From Candidatus Bathyarchaeota archaeon (lineage in GTDB: Archaea > Thermoproteota > CALKCG01 > B24 > DRYS01): DNA of 64,000 nt. Below the pieces are notes generated by a model, which saw nothing but the letters and a program-made list of their open reading frames with translations, did no database searches and was not told where the DNA came from. Positions 10,448 to 20,866 of this stretch are shown piece after piece. How positions within the stretch are numbered: position 1 is the stretch's first letter; every line of letters begins with the position of its first letter. The stretch covers positions 598-64,597 of the forward strand of contig JAGTQC010000007.1 in the NCBI GenBank assembly GCA_018396535.1, in the 5' to 3' direction. A program made the translations under genes and the position numbers.

Positions 10448-12028
10448 CTTAGTAAGCTTATCCTCAAACATTCTAAACGATGTATACAACTCTTCCAGCA
10501 CCCTTCTATCGATACCTATATCTACCACCCCATCCCAGGGAAACATATACCCGCTATCCTTCTCTGATAGATACTTACCGATATCTATACCCACCTCTTC
10601 TAAAGCTCTACGCCAGCCAGATAATCCTCCACCATATGAGGCCCATCTAGCTATAAGCTCCGCTAACTCTAATCCTCCAAGCGATAACACAGTCTGTATC
10701 TGAGCCCATCTCTCATCGTAGAAATCTACATCAACTATATACCTATCGATATATTCTTCAAGTCTCCGTCTAATCCTACGATAGAATTCTATAGGCTTTA
10801 AACCCCTCCACTGGAATGGTGTATGAGGTTTCGGTATCACAGGGTTTATGGATAGCTTTATAGAGCTTGGATATCTAAACCCAGCTTCCATAGCATTACG
10901 TAGGATATCCAGTATATACCTCTCCTCTCCTTCGAAGAATCCTACGAGGAAGTAGAGCTTAAGCTCTCTAAATCCAAGCTTATAGGCTTCATCGAATATC
11001 GATGATAAACCCTCCCTACTATACGGTTTACCTAGGATGGATGCTAGAGGACAGAAACCAGTTTCAGGAGCTAGCGTAAGCATCCTCTGACCAACCCTAG
11101 CTATAGCTTCAAGCCTATCCCTACTGATCGTATCTAATCTAAGGCTTGGGATAGATGCATCCAACCCTACACTTACAAGCCACTCTAGAATCTTATCCGA
11201 ATCCTTATGATCAAAGAATGAGGGTGCATAGAATGTAACCCTTCTAACCTTATTTACTTCAACCCCCTCCTCTATTAGAAGCTTAATCTTCGTAAAACTC
11301 CTATCTCTCTTAGGCTTGAATATACCTCCCTCCAGACAGAATAGGCATCTATGTAGGCACCCCCTAGATGCTTCCAATATCATACTCCTACCCCATATAG
11401 GCTCCCTATCTAATGGTTGCAGCTGTAGTACAGGATGGTATGCATCATCTAAGTCTTTCTGATAGACCTTTTTAACAGGGGTTCCAGATACGCTATATAC
11501 ATAAACGCCATCGATATCGGCTAATTCTTCAAGCATAGATTTCCTATCCCCTCTATACCCCACTATGATACCGAGAATCTTATCTATAGATGGCTCAAAT
11601 TCGCCTATGAAAGCTGCATCGGCTACACAGAGGGTTAATAACGGGTTAGCCGTAGCTACAGGTCCACCTATTAGAATTATGGGTGGATCCATACGCTTAC
11701 TAGGTATAGGATCGATACCACTACGTATAAGCATAGAAGCTAACTTAACTATATCTGGTTCAAAATGTAGCGATACAAGTATGGTATCGAAATCTCTTAG
11801 AGTCATACCATACTCTATACTTCGAGGTATACTATCGGAATCAGGCTCGAATACTATACGATCCGCTATCACACCATCATAAGAATTGCATATGTAGTAT
11901 AGGGATTGATGAGCTAGACTAGCCAATGCAACCTCATAGGTTGAGGGATATAGTATAGCTATCTTCGTATACCAGGTTTTATATGATTTAGCTACCCTAC
12001 CATACTCTCTGAAACGTGGCATAGGCAT
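10439..12028 (-). CDS. radical SAM protein with an N-terminal B12-binding-like domain
   Basis: 529 aa. CxxxCxxC cluster motif (CLHRCLFC). The N-terminal roughly 200 aa resemble a cobalamin-binding Rossmann domain. Substrate unknown. Confidence 0.55.
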   Translation of the reverse strand: MPMPRFREYGRVAKSYKTWYTKIAILYPSTYEVALASLAHQSLYYICNSYDGVIADRIVFEPDSDSIPRSIEYGMTLRDFDTILVSLHFEPDIVKLASMLIRSGIDPIPSKRMDPPIILIGGPVATANPLLTLCVADAAFIGEFEPSIDKILGIIVGYRGDRKSMLEELADIDGVYVYSVSGTPVKKVYQKDLDDAYHPVLQLQPLDREPIWGRSMILEASRGCLHRCLFCLEGGIFKPKRDRSFTKIKLLIEEGVEVNKVRRVTFYAPSFFDHKDSDKILEWLVSVGLDASIPSLRLDTISRDRLEAIARVGQRMLTLAPETGFCPLASILGKPYSREGLSSIFDEAYKLGFRELKLYFLVGFFEGEERYILDILRNAMEAGFRYPSSIKLSINPVIPKPHTPFQWRGLKPIEFYRRIRRRLEEYIDRYIVDVDFYDERWAQIQTVLSLGGLELAELIARWASYGGGLSGWRRALEEVGIDIGKYLSEKDSGYMFPWDGVVDIGIDRRVLEELYTSFRMFEDKLTKLA

Positions 12029-12362
12029 AAGCTGTCAAAACCTCCTACGAATAGTACCCCCAAACTCCTACACCATTATAGATTAACCACAACCCTAGTA
12101 ATATGTTGTTTTAGCTATAGAGTTAATCTTAGATCTGCGTTTCTAACTGGTGTACACATACTGATACTTCGTTATAGAAATTAGGTTTAAACCAAGTTGA
12201 CCAATGATATGGGTTTAATTTTATTATGCGGTCGATGCATACATCACGTGAACGCTGAAGGATTTTCTCAAATTTATCTTACTAACAGATATATCGGAAT
12301 CGAAGAGAAACTTACCGTTAATACGTGGGTTGTGATATAGCTTGGTAATACTATAGCATAGA

Positions 12363-12908
12363 TTACAGTAAGTTCCTAACACCTCTAGCTATATACTCCA
12401 CAGCTATAGCCGCAACTATTATAGCTGTTATGCTAGCTATTATCTCCGAGCCGGTTTCTCCTAGAAGCTTGTAGATTCTACCGATGAACCTTAGTGTAAC
12501 CCATACGATAACTATATTCACAACTACGGCTATAAGGGTCACTATGAAACCTACCGTCCTTACCAATATAAGGCTTGTAGTTATAGCTCCAGGACCTACC
12601 AGGAGGGGGCAGGCTAATGGTACGACACCTATCCTAGTTTTCGAAGGGCTACGCCAACCTTCGAGTAGTATCCTAACCGAGATCACTAGGAGTAGTATCC
12701 CCCCAGCTACCATAAAGCTATCGACCGATATAGCGAATAGCTCTAGTATATACTGTCCTAGAAGTGTGAAAGCTAGTAGAAGTATGAAAGCTGTTATACC
12801 TGTAGCGTTGAATACGCTTCTACGCTTTTCCTCGGATAAATCGGATGTTAAACCTATGAAGATAGGTACGTTGCCTATAGGATCGAGTACCGCGAAAAGA
12901 GCTATCAC
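12363..12908 (-). CDS. MarC/UPF0056 family integral membrane protein
   Basis: 181 aa, about 6 TM helices. The N-terminus ALFAVLDPIGNVPIF matches the MarC family signature. Confidence 0.7.
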   Translation of the reverse strand: MIALFAVLDPIGNVPIFIGLTSDLSEEKRRSVFNATGITAFILLLAFTLLGQYILELFAISVDSFMVAGGILLLVISVRILLEGWRSPSKTRIGVVPLACPLLVGPGAITTSLILVRTVGFIVTLIAVVVNIVIVWVTLRFIGRIYKLLGETGSEIIASITAIIVAAIAVEYIARGVRNLL

Positions 12909-12956
12909 AGCTTTAGCCAGTTCTACAGGATCTTGTTGAAGTGTGAAGGCAGATCC

Positions 12957-13316
12957 CTACTCCTTCTTCGATGTTAAATTTCTAAGTTTACCTAGAACAT
13001 CGAGCCACATGGATATTAAGCTTACAAGCTCAAATTGTTTATCAGGGTTAGTCGTAGCTGATACTAGATCTCCAAGCTCTTCAAGCTTAGATACAGCTAT
13101 CTTCTCTAAGCTTCTAAGCGATAGATCTGTTGCAGCTCTACTAAGCTCTTCATCACTTTTAACGAGTATGAATTTACGATTACAGAGAGGGCAGAAGACA
13201 TCATTCTTAAGCTTGAATAACGGGACTTTGCATTCTGGACAGCTTTCGCTTAGCATAGATGCCCCTAACTTTAGGAGTTCAGCCATACGTTTGAAATCCG
13301 CATCCCTTATAGCCAT
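12957..13316 (-). CDS. small zinc-ribbon protein (UPF0148-like)
   Basis: 119 aa with a CPECKVPLFK…CPLCNRKF C4 zinc ribbon and a helical remainder. Confidence 0.5.
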   Translation of the reverse strand: MAIRDADFKRMAELLKLGASMLSESCPECKVPLFKLKNDVFCPLCNRKFILVKSDEELSRAATDLSLRSLEKIAVSKLEELGDLVSATTNPDKQFELVSLISMWLDVLGKLRNLTSKKE

Positions 13317-13478
13317 ATAGCTAACCCCTATAATCTATCGGTTAGCTCCCCCTCTTTAAGGATTAATCTCGATAGAAAGTTAAGTTTAAAGGTTTGATAA
13401 CCGTTATTTAATGCTATCGAAAATATAGGATTGGGGCATACTATAGTAGGTGCCCCGGCTAGACGGGGGTGACACCAT

Positions 13479-13763
13479 TTGTCTAGTAAGAAGAAGCCTA
13501 CGCCGGAGGAGTATAAGGCTAGGGTTGCTCAAGCTATACAATTAATGGAGACTATAGTTAACGATCGTTTAACGCCTAGGAATATAAGAAGGGTTGTAAG
13601 CGAAGGTATAGAACTGCTTAAATCTGAGAAGCTAAGCTTAGCAGCTAGAGCTGTGCAGGTTATAGAATCTCTAGATGAGATTATGCAAGATCCGAATATG
13701 CCTCTATACGCTAGAACAAAGCTCTGGCAAATAATATCTTACCTAGAAGGGATCAGAGACTGA
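13479..13763 (+). CDS. UPF0147-family small archaeal protein
   Basis: 94 aa, alpha-helical, with a TPRNIRR motif typical of the archaeal UPF0147 family. TTG start. The stop overlaps the start of the next gene. Confidence 0.45.
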   Translation: MSSKKKPTPEEYKARVAQAIQLMETIVNDRLTPRNIRRVVSEGIELLKSEKLSLAARAVQVIESLDEIMQDPNMPLYARTKLWQIISYLEGIRD

Positions 13764-15199
13764 TGTGCTTTAAAATTAAAGTTAGAGGTATATACGCTAC
13801 AGCGTTAACTAAGCTATTGCTAGATGCAGGCTTCGGTATAGTAGATCCGAGTTTAGAAGTTAAGAAGAGGCTAAACCTAGAGTACGCTATATACGAGGAG
13901 CCTGATGCATACATCATGCAGGATGATAAGGATCCTAGTAGGATACTAGTCGAAGGTGATGGAGAAGCTTGCAGGGCTCTGATAGATACTCTGAGACGGG
14001 AGATACCGTGTATAGCTGTCTTCGAATCTAAATTTAACCCATACTCAATATATCTAGCTAAGGTTGTAGCTGGGATAGATGAAGGTATACTAGTCGATAT
14101 AGGCGGAGTATATGGTCTTCTCGTAGGGGCTAGCAGAAACTACTCCGTAGGTGAGAAGGTACTCGTTCAGATTCAATCTCCATGCTGGGGTGGTATACCT
14201 AAGCTCTCGGATAATATAGTACTTAGAGGAAAGTTTACAAGAATATCGCAGGGGTTCGGTATAGAGTTTGATCCTAGAATAAAAAGTGAAGAAGTGAAGA
14301 AGGATCTGGTCAGACTTATAGAGAGGATCGGATTAAAAGGGTTTAAAGTATATTTCTCAGCCTACTCTATGGGTAGATCGATAGCAGATATAGCTATGGA
14401 TCTTTCAGATCTTGCATCAAAATATCTACGTATATGTAGAGAGCCAAGCGAAGGTGATGCACCCCGTATTATAGAGCATGGTATTAAAGCTTTCCTAGTA
14501 GAGTTTACGAGTGTATCTAAAGTTAAGCTTGATGAGATACGTAGTTCTACGACTCCTACTATCGAGGGGCATCATAGCTTTAAATGCTACGAGGATTTGG
14601 GGAGGATAGTAGATTTCACAGAGTATCTAATCGCTAGAGGATTCGATAGGAAGATGTTAAGCGATATGGTAAAGGGGTATATTTATCGATCGATAGGGTT
14701 AGGATCTAAGATGGATTTCATGCATGTAACCCTTACAGGTAAGGTTTTAAAGCTTAGGCCAGGTACGGTGAAATTCTTCGATGGTAGATCGATGATAGTT
14801 AGACGTGTATTTACAGGTAAAGGAGTATACGATGGGCTTAATATTCCGATATCCTCTGGGGATGTATGTTATACGGTGATCGAGGATGGGTCATGGTTCA
14901 TAAGACACATATACCTCTCCCAGGGTGAGTTAAAGGGAGAATACGTTAACGTGAATACTCCACCTGAAATCTTCCCAGGTATCGTTAGATATCTTGATCT
15001 AGCCGTGGATGTCGTGAAAACCCCAGATGGCGATATTAGGGTATTAGATCTAGATGAACTTGAAAAGTTTCTAAGCGAAGGCGTAGTAGGTAGGGATCTA
15101 TATGAATTCGCTCTAGCTAAAGCTAGGGAAGCTGAGAATAGGTTAAAAAGTGGATGGAAACCTATCGATGAGATTCTAAGATATGTAGAGTCTATTTAG
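13763..15199 (+). CDS. probable RNA-binding protein or ribonuclease FAU-1
   Basis: 478 aa. The N-terminus KVRGIYATALTKLLLDAGF matches the archaeal FAU-1 (RNase E/G-like, AU-binding) family. Confidence 0.55.
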   Translation: MCFKIKVRGIYATALTKLLLDAGFGIVDPSLEVKKRLNLEYAIYEEPDAYIMQDDKDPSRILVEGDGEACRALIDTLRREIPCIAVFESKFNPYSIYLAKVVAGIDEGILVDIGGVYGLLVGASRNYSVGEKVLVQIQSPCWGGIPKLSDNIVLRGKFTRISQGFGIEFDPRIKSEEVKKDLVRLIERIGLKGFKVYFSAYSMGRSIADIAMDLSDLASKYLRICREPSEGDAPRIIEHGIKAFLVEFTSVSKVKLDEIRSSTTPTIEGHHSFKCYEDLGRIVDFTEYLIARGFDRKMLSDMVKGYIYRSIGLGSKMDFMHVTLTGKVLKLRPGTVKFFDGRSMIVRRVFTGKGVYDGLNIPISSGDVCYTVIEDGSWFIRHIYLSQGELKGEYVNVNTPPEIFPGIVRYLDLAVDVVKTPDGDIRVLDLDELEKFLSEGVVGRDLYEFALAKAREAENRLKSGWKPIDEILRYVESI

Positions 15200-15502
15200 A
15201 TCTGAGTTATAGCCGCCTGTATAGACTTTAAACGATATTATCCTTAAGCTTGATATAGCCTCCACGTTATGTGTAACCCCGGGTGGTATATATACTATGT
15301 CACCCCTAGATACAGTTAACTCTTCATCTCCTATCCTAACCTTAGCTTCCCCCTCGACTATATAGTATAACTCCTCGTATGATTCATGTGTATGTAGAGT
15401 CGCCTTCTCCCCCTCCCTCATAGTAGTATCCCATAATCCAACTATCCTCTTAGCTACAGGCTTCAGTAATACGCCATGTCCCTCCATCCTACCTATATAC
15501 AT
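15176..15502 (-). CDS. cupin-domain protein
   Basis: 108 aa. Cupin motifs G(x)5HxH…E (LHTHESYEELYYIVEG) and PPGVTHN. Confidence 0.55.
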   Translation of the reverse strand: MYIGRMEGHGVLLKPVAKRIVGLWDTTMREGEKATLHTHESYEELYYIVEGEAKVRIGDEELTVSRGDIVYIPPGVTHNVEAISSLRIISFKVYTGGYNSDLNRLYIS

Positions 15503-15696
15503 ACCTAAAGTTTGCTAGGTTGTGTATCGTATCTTTACTATTTATCTCACTCGCGATATAAATTCGAGTATATCCCTACTAGACGCTTAGTATCCGGTGT
15601 TGAAGATTACATTCAACCACCTCTCCCAGATATAATTTCGGAATTAATACCTGGATCTATGCTCTAATAATCCCTAGCTATACCAGAATCTAGAGT

Positions 15697-16404
15697 TTAG
15701 GTTTTACCTCTTTTAAAGATAACTTTATCAGGGTATCCTACCACCAATAGATCAGCGTAACCTATGAATAACCCTGTCTCCACTATCCCAGGTATAGATT
15801 TGAGCATCATGTCAAGCTTCCCAGGATTATCCACCCCTCCATCGATATAGAGATCTACAAGTACTCCACCAATATCCGATATTAGAGGACCAAACTTACC
15901 CCTATCTGTTAAACGTACCTCGGGTCTAAAACCTACAGATCTAAGCTTCCTACAAACCATAGATATAGCTTGAGGAATAACATCCAATGGTATCGGTCTT
16001 CTTAAACAGAGTCTATCCACTAGCTTACCATAATCAACCACGAATATACGCATAGAAGAGTTATATGCTAAAATCTTCTCAAGTGTAAGACAGCCACCCC
16101 CACCCTTCACCATATCTAGATTCGGATCAACTTCGTCAGCACTATCTACGTACAGATCCACCTGATCTACGGATTCAAGTGATAAAACCTTAAATCCGTA
16201 ACTGGATAATCTGAGTGAACTACCTATGGATGAGCATACAAACGATAAATTATTTAAGCCTAGGTTTGCGATACGATCTATAAGGAGTGATATGGTAGAG
16301 CCAGAACCTAACCCTATGATCTTAGGCTTCTCATATTCTACAATTTTTAAAACTTCCTCTAAAGCTTTTAGTCTAGCCTTAACTACATCATCTTGAGGAG
16401 GCAA
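15697..16404 (-). CDS. rpiA: ribose-5-phosphate isomerase A
   Basis: 235 aa. GLGSGST phosphate-binding motif, DGADE-like aspartate motif, KGGGGCLTLEK catalytic motif. Confidence 0.8.
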   Translation of the reverse strand: MPPQDDVVKARLKALEEVLKIVEYEKPKIIGLGSGSTISLLIDRIANLGLNNLSFVCSSIGSSLRLSSYGFKVLSLESVDQVDLYVDSADEVDPNLDMVKGGGGCLTLEKILAYNSSMRIFVVDYGKLVDRLCLRRPIPLDVIPQAISMVCRKLRSVGFRPEVRLTDRGKFGPLISDIGGVLVDLYIDGGVDNPGKLDMMLKSIPGIVETGLFIGYADLLVVGYPDKVIFKRGKT

Positions 16405-16476
16405 CAGAGGTAACCACCTCTAGGATGAAGGAAAAGGGAAAAATAGTGGAAGTAGCGTTATATACCTATTAATCTT

Positions 16477-16887
16477 TTAACCTGTAACAGTAACCGTAGC
16501 AGTGAATTCTCCTTTATCAGTGATCAACCTTATTCTCAAAGTAACGGATTGACCTGATGCTATACTACCTCTGCTAAGGCTTACATCGAGCTGTCTAGAT
16601 GCACCTGGATCTAGTAATGCACCTACCGCAGCCGACCCTTCTATACCTGTATCAGTTATCCTTATCTCCCTCACACGGATTCTGACCTCTCCATCATTTG
16701 CTACCGTTAACCTTATTATGTTTCCTCCAACTACACCTGCGCTTGTTACAGTTGCGCTTGCTCTACCTGCTGGTGCTCCGATAGGTATCTTCGAGAATAC
16801 AACCCAGGACATTAAAGCTACGAAGAGTACGAGATCGACAAGAGCTATTATAGCACCCTTACCTATAGCTTTCCTACCACTCCTCAA
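16477..16887 (-). CDS. secreted or surface protein with a class III (type IV pilin-like) signal peptide
   Basis: 136 aa. Basic N-terminus, then GKG|AIIALVDLVLFVAL, resembling a PibD/FlaK cleavage site followed by a hydrophobic helix. The remainder is Thr/Gly-rich beta strand. Confidence 0.35.
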   Translation of the reverse strand: MRSGRKAIGKGAIIALVDLVLFVALMSWVVFSKIPIGAPAGRASATVTSAGVVGGNIIRLTVANDGEVRIRVREIRITDTGIEGSAAVGALLDPGASRQLDVSLSRGSIASGQSVTLRIRLITDKGEFTATVTVTG

Positions 16888-17027
16888 ACCTTTCTACACC
16901 CTGAAAATATAAAGAATTTAATTGGAATATAAGGCTTACGCTACTCATATATCTCGTTAACACCTCTTATATGCAACTAATTTTTATTTAACACTCCTAG
17001 ATACATTCAATAGGGTAGTTTCTAGAG

Positions 17028-18566
17028 TTGAAGCAGGTAGATTCTAGGGAAGGTAAAGAAATAGAAGTTAGAAAGAAGCTAGATAGATTGTACAAAGCTT
17101 TAGAATTAATCATAGTAAGTATAATCATAGGAATATACATCTACACTAGATTACATAACTTAGGGGTTAGATATTCCTACGATTATGATGAAGGCGTATA
17201 TATACAAACTGCTAAGCAGATGTTAAACGGCTATAAGCTTTATGAGCAGATATTCCTATCGCAGCCTCCAATCATGGTGTATCTTGTAGCTGCATCTATG
17301 AGAATCTTAGGTGAAAACTTATATGCTTGTAGATTACCAGTAGCTCTAACATCTATCTTAGCTGGTCTATCACTATACTTCGCTGCTAGAAGGTTATGTA
17401 ATCCGATAGCTGGCATAATCGGCCTATCTGTATTAGCGATCGATAGGGTTTTCCTACACTACTCTAGAGCTGTCGAAGGCGAGATTCCATGCATAGCTTT
17501 CGCTATGCTAGCATATTTATTTATCGTTGAATACATCCGTAGAGATAAACTGATTTACTGCTTCTTATCGGGTTTATCATCATCTATCGCAGTACTTTCA
17601 AAATTTCTGGCAGCACCTATAATCCCAGCTATACTACCAGTATTCTTCACTAAAACCGGGTCTACAAATCTTAGAAGTAGCAAAGGAGAGTCTACTCGTA
17701 GATTGAAGGGTCTCATAATCTTCATGATAGGTGTATTTATACCAATATCCATACTTCTATTATACGATTTTACATACTTATACGATCAGTTGTATATGTA
17801 TCATAGAAGTAAACCTCTCGGAGGTACTACTATAGAGAAGATCATACAGCTTTACGGATACCTATCTGAGAACCCTGTAGCTTTAATCCTTGGATCGATA
17901 GGATTAATCGTAGCATTTACCTCTCTCGATATCGGTTTTCTAGTAGCATCCCTAAGCTTCTTAACATCCGTATCTATGCTAGTACTCCTACCGCAACCTC
18001 TATGGTATCATCATGTAGCAGTTTTATCGCCTCAATTATCACTTCTATCAGGTTTAGCGATAGGATATTCTACGAAGATACTCGTAAAACTATACTCTCG
18101 AATATCTAAAGGTAAAAGTGCATCTAGGTATGCAGCTATATCCCTACTAGCTTTCACGATAGTTTCTACACTATCTCTATACGCTGCATCAGTAGCTCTA
18201 TCCGTCCCCGCTATATTGAATATAGTATTTAAGGGTGGTGGGGAGCTTGAGTTTAAGGTCGCGGGATTAATACGTAATATAACATCTCCAAATGAGTGGA
18301 TAATCTCTGACGATCAAGCTATGGTATTCGTAGCAGGTAGGAATGTACCTCCAGAGCTTTGCGATACATCTTTCATGCGTATATCTAGCGGATACCTTGT
18401 AGATGAGGAGGTTATAGAGTTAGCTGAAGCTTATAGAGTTAGGGTAGTGGTATTCTGGACAGGTAGACTTATACAGCTTAAACGCTTCGTAGAGTATGTT
18501 GAAGCAAATTATCAACTCATAGGAGTATATGATAGCGGTAGACGTATATATTTGAGGAAGGATTAA
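17028..18566 (+). CDS. GT-C fold membrane glycosyltransferase (PMT/ArnT-like, GT39/GT83-like)
   Basis: 512 aa with about 11 TM helices and a C-terminal soluble domain. Architecture matches dolichyl-phosphate-sugar-dependent glycosyltransferases. The true start may lie a few codons upstream on an alternative start codon. Confidence 0.5.
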   Translation: MKQVDSREGKEIEVRKKLDRLYKALELIIVSIIIGIYIYTRLHNLGVRYSYDYDEGVYIQTAKQMLNGYKLYEQIFLSQPPIMVYLVAASMRILGENLYACRLPVALTSILAGLSLYFAARRLCNPIAGIIGLSVLAIDRVFLHYSRAVEGEIPCIAFAMLAYLFIVEYIRRDKLIYCFLSGLSSSIAVLSKFLAAPIIPAILPVFFTKTGSTNLRSSKGESTRRLKGLIIFMIGVFIPISILLLYDFTYLYDQLYMYHRSKPLGGTTIEKIIQLYGYLSENPVALILGSIGLIVAFTSLDIGFLVASLSFLTSVSMLVLLPQPLWYHHVAVLSPQLSLLSGLAIGYSTKILVKLYSRISKGKSASRYAAISLLAFTIVSTLSLYAASVALSVPAILNIVFKGGGELEFKVAGLIRNITSPNEWIISDDQAMVFVAGRNVPPELCDTSFMRISSGYLVDEEVIELAEAYRVRVVVFWTGRLIQLKRFVEYVEANYQLIGVYDSGRRIYLRKD

Positions 18567-19609
18567 CCCCAGACTACGATTTCGCTTAAAACATAGTTAG
18601 CTATAAACCCTAGGAGTATACCTACCATGTTCGCTATTATAGGATTAATTCCTAGATATGTAAGCCCTACCAGTACCGAGTAGTTTATTACAGCACCGAT
18701 AGCTACCGCTCCATGGTATTCGATCATCCTTCTAGCCATACTATGCTTCGACCTTCTAGAACTAAACGTCCATAGATCGTTAGCTATGAAATTAGATAGT
18801 ATGGAGGTCTCTATAGCTATCAATCCTGAAATCCATACTGGTAGATAGTTTATGAGTAATGCTAGGATCGAAAGGTTAACTATGATGCCGGTAACACCTA
18901 TAATTGCGAATTTAAGAATCCTATACTCTGATAATCTCAGGATATGTTTGACATATCTAATCCACTCCATCAATCCTAACTTACTCCTCCCCCTATACCT
19001 TGGTTGAAACCTGTATGGAAGCTCGTATATCCTCACATCCCTAGCTTTAGCTACTATCTCGACTAGTATCTTACAGCTTTCCGGATCGATACTCACCCCC
19101 TCTAGTATCCCCTTCCTGAATAAGAAGAACCCTGAGAGTGGATCTCTGAGAACTCTTACTCTAGGTATAGCTATCCTAGCTATTAGAGTTGCTAACCTTG
19201 ATACAATCCTTCTACCTATACTCCACCTAGATACACCCCCTCCTCTAACATATCTACTAGCTACGACTACATCGTATCCATCCTCAGCTTTAGCTAGCAT
19301 AGTAGGTATAAGCTCTGGTGGATGCTGCATATCTGCATCCATGACGACTATATAGCTTCCATAAGCTTTAGATATGCCTTCGATTATAGCTGAAGCTAGC
19401 CCTCTAACACCGGTTCTCCTAATAACTCTTACATTCCTATACCATCTACCATACTCTTCAGCTATATCAGCTGTCCCATCAGGGCTGTCATCATCAACTA
19501 CTATAACTTCATGATCTATGGATTCAAGTGTATCTCTAAGCCTTACGAGGAGTAGACCTATATTCTCCGCCTCCATATACGTCGGTATTACGACGGATAG
19601 CTTAACCAT
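18563..19609 (-). CDS. dolichol/polyprenol-phosphate mannosyltransferase-like family 2 glycosyltransferase with a C-terminal GtrA-like membrane domain
   Basis: 348 aa. GT2 motifs VVIPTYNE-like (VVIPTYMEAEN), VVDDDSPDGT and a DAD-like acidic motif, plus 4 C-terminal TM helices. Overlaps the previous gene by 4 nt, convergently. Confidence 0.8.
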   Translation of the reverse strand: MVKLSVVIPTYMEAENIGLLLVRLRDTLESIDHEVIVVDDDSPDGTADIAEEYGRWYRNVRVIRRTGVRGLASAIIEGISKAYGSYIVVMDADMQHPPELIPTMLAKAEDGYDVVVASRYVRGGGVSRWSIGRRIVSRLATLIARIAIPRVRVLRDPLSGFFLFRKGILEGVSIDPESCKILVEIVAKARDVRIYELPYRFQPRYRGRSKLGLMEWIRYVKHILRLSEYRILKFAIIGVTGIIVNLSILALLINYLPVWISGLIAIETSILSNFIANDLWTFSSRRSKHSMARRMIEYHGAVAIGAVINYSVLVGLTYLGINPIIANMVGILLGFIANYVLSEIVVWG

Positions 19610-19736
19610 GAAGCTCCACCTACTATCGAGGGATATTACTAAGCTTGTATACTCCTGATTTAGAGTTCTCAGACTACTAGCATTAACGTTAGGGGGATAT
19701 ATCGTTACCGCTCTATTATTTTAATCCTAGATATTC

Positions 19737-20861
19737 TTGGAAAGACTTAATTTATCGATATTTAGATGGAATATTGGTGGAAGGTGTCTAAAGGTGAAAT
19801 TTAGAGATAGAGTTCTGTATGCTCTGGAGCGTAGAGAGGATAAACTCGATCATATACCTATACATGATAGCCCTTGGAATGCTACCGTAGATAGATGGAG
19901 AAGGGAGGGGATGCCATCATGGATATCTCCAGCAGATTACTTCGGATATCATATAGCTATATTCAGCCCAGATCTAAGCCCACAGCTTCCTATAGAAGTG
20001 ATATACGAGGATGAAGAGTATATCATCGAGAGAGATCCATACGGAGCTATACGTAGGAATCATAGGGATTATAGTACGACACCAGAGCTTATAGATTGGC
20101 CTTGTAAATCTAGGGATGACTGGGAGAAGCTTAAGGTTATGTTGAAGCCTAGTGAGAGAAGGGTTGACTGGGTTACAGCTCTACGTGAGTATCATAGAGC
20201 TGTGAGTCGTGGAAGATTCGTAATGTATGGTGCATCTGTAGGGTTTGATGAAGCGCAACACTATGTTAGAACTGATCACTTGTTGAAGGCTATCATAAAG
20301 GAGCCGGACTGGGTTGTGGATATTTATAGGGTAAACGCTAAGCTCGTCATGGATATGTGTGATATAATGATGAGGGGTGGCTTCAAGTTTGATGGAGCAT
20401 TCCTATACTGTGATCTAGGGTATAGGATTGGATTATTCTTCTCACCTAGATACTATGAGGATCAGCTTCACCCAGTATTCAAGGAGCTTTGCAGCTTCTT
20501 CAAGTCTAGGGGTATGTATGTATTCCTTCATTCCTGTGGTAGAGTTAAGGATTTAATACCATACTTCATAGAGGAGGGTATAGATGTTCTTCAACCTTTG
20601 GAGGTTAAAGCGGGTATGGATTTAGTGGAGCTTAAGGAGAAGTATGGTGATAGGATAGCCTTCATGGGTGGTATAGATGTTAGACTCATGGCTCTAGATG
20701 ATCTTAAACCGCTAGAGGAAGAGATGAAACGTAAGATAACGGTAGCTAAGCAGGGTGGAGGTTATATATACCATTCAGACCATTCTATACCTAAGAACGT
20801 AAGCTTCGATAACTATAGGAAGGTTATAGAGTATGCTCTAAGATATGGATCCTACGATTAG
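19737..20861 (+). CDS. uroporphyrinogen decarboxylase (URO-D) family protein, possibly a methylcobamide:CoM methyltransferase-like enzyme
   Basis: 374 aa with a URO-D / MtaA-like TIM-barrel pattern. The true start may be the GTG near 19792 (VKFRDRVLYALERRE). Confidence 0.5.
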   Translation: MERLNLSIFRWNIGGRCLKVKFRDRVLYALERREDKLDHIPIHDSPWNATVDRWRREGMPSWISPADYFGYHIAIFSPDLSPQLPIEVIYEDEEYIIERDPYGAIRRNHRDYSTTPELIDWPCKSRDDWEKLKVMLKPSERRVDWVTALREYHRAVSRGRFVMYGASVGFDEAQHYVRTDHLLKAIIKEPDWVVDIYRVNAKLVMDMCDIMMRGGFKFDGAFLYCDLGYRIGLFFSPRYYEDQLHPVFKELCSFFKSRGMYVFLHSCGRVKDLIPYFIEEGIDVLQPLEVKAGMDLVELKEKYGDRIAFMGGIDVRLMALDDLKPLEEEMKRKITVAKQGGGYIYHSDHSIPKNVSFDNYRKVIEYALRYGSYD

Positions 20862-20866
20862 GATAC

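Noticed and set aside
12029-12362. Possible C/D box sRNA in a 330-nt intergenic gap (AATGATAT … CTGA)
   Set aside because: The C-box match is imperfect (UGAUAU versus UGAUGA). I could not find a convincing C'/D' pair or a terminal stem, so this is likely chance.
12484-13320. Two plus-strand ORFs of 151 and 125 aa
   Set aside because: Both are antisense to the well-supported MarC-family gene and the zinc-ribbon gene respectively. They are Ser/Thr-rich shadow ORFs.
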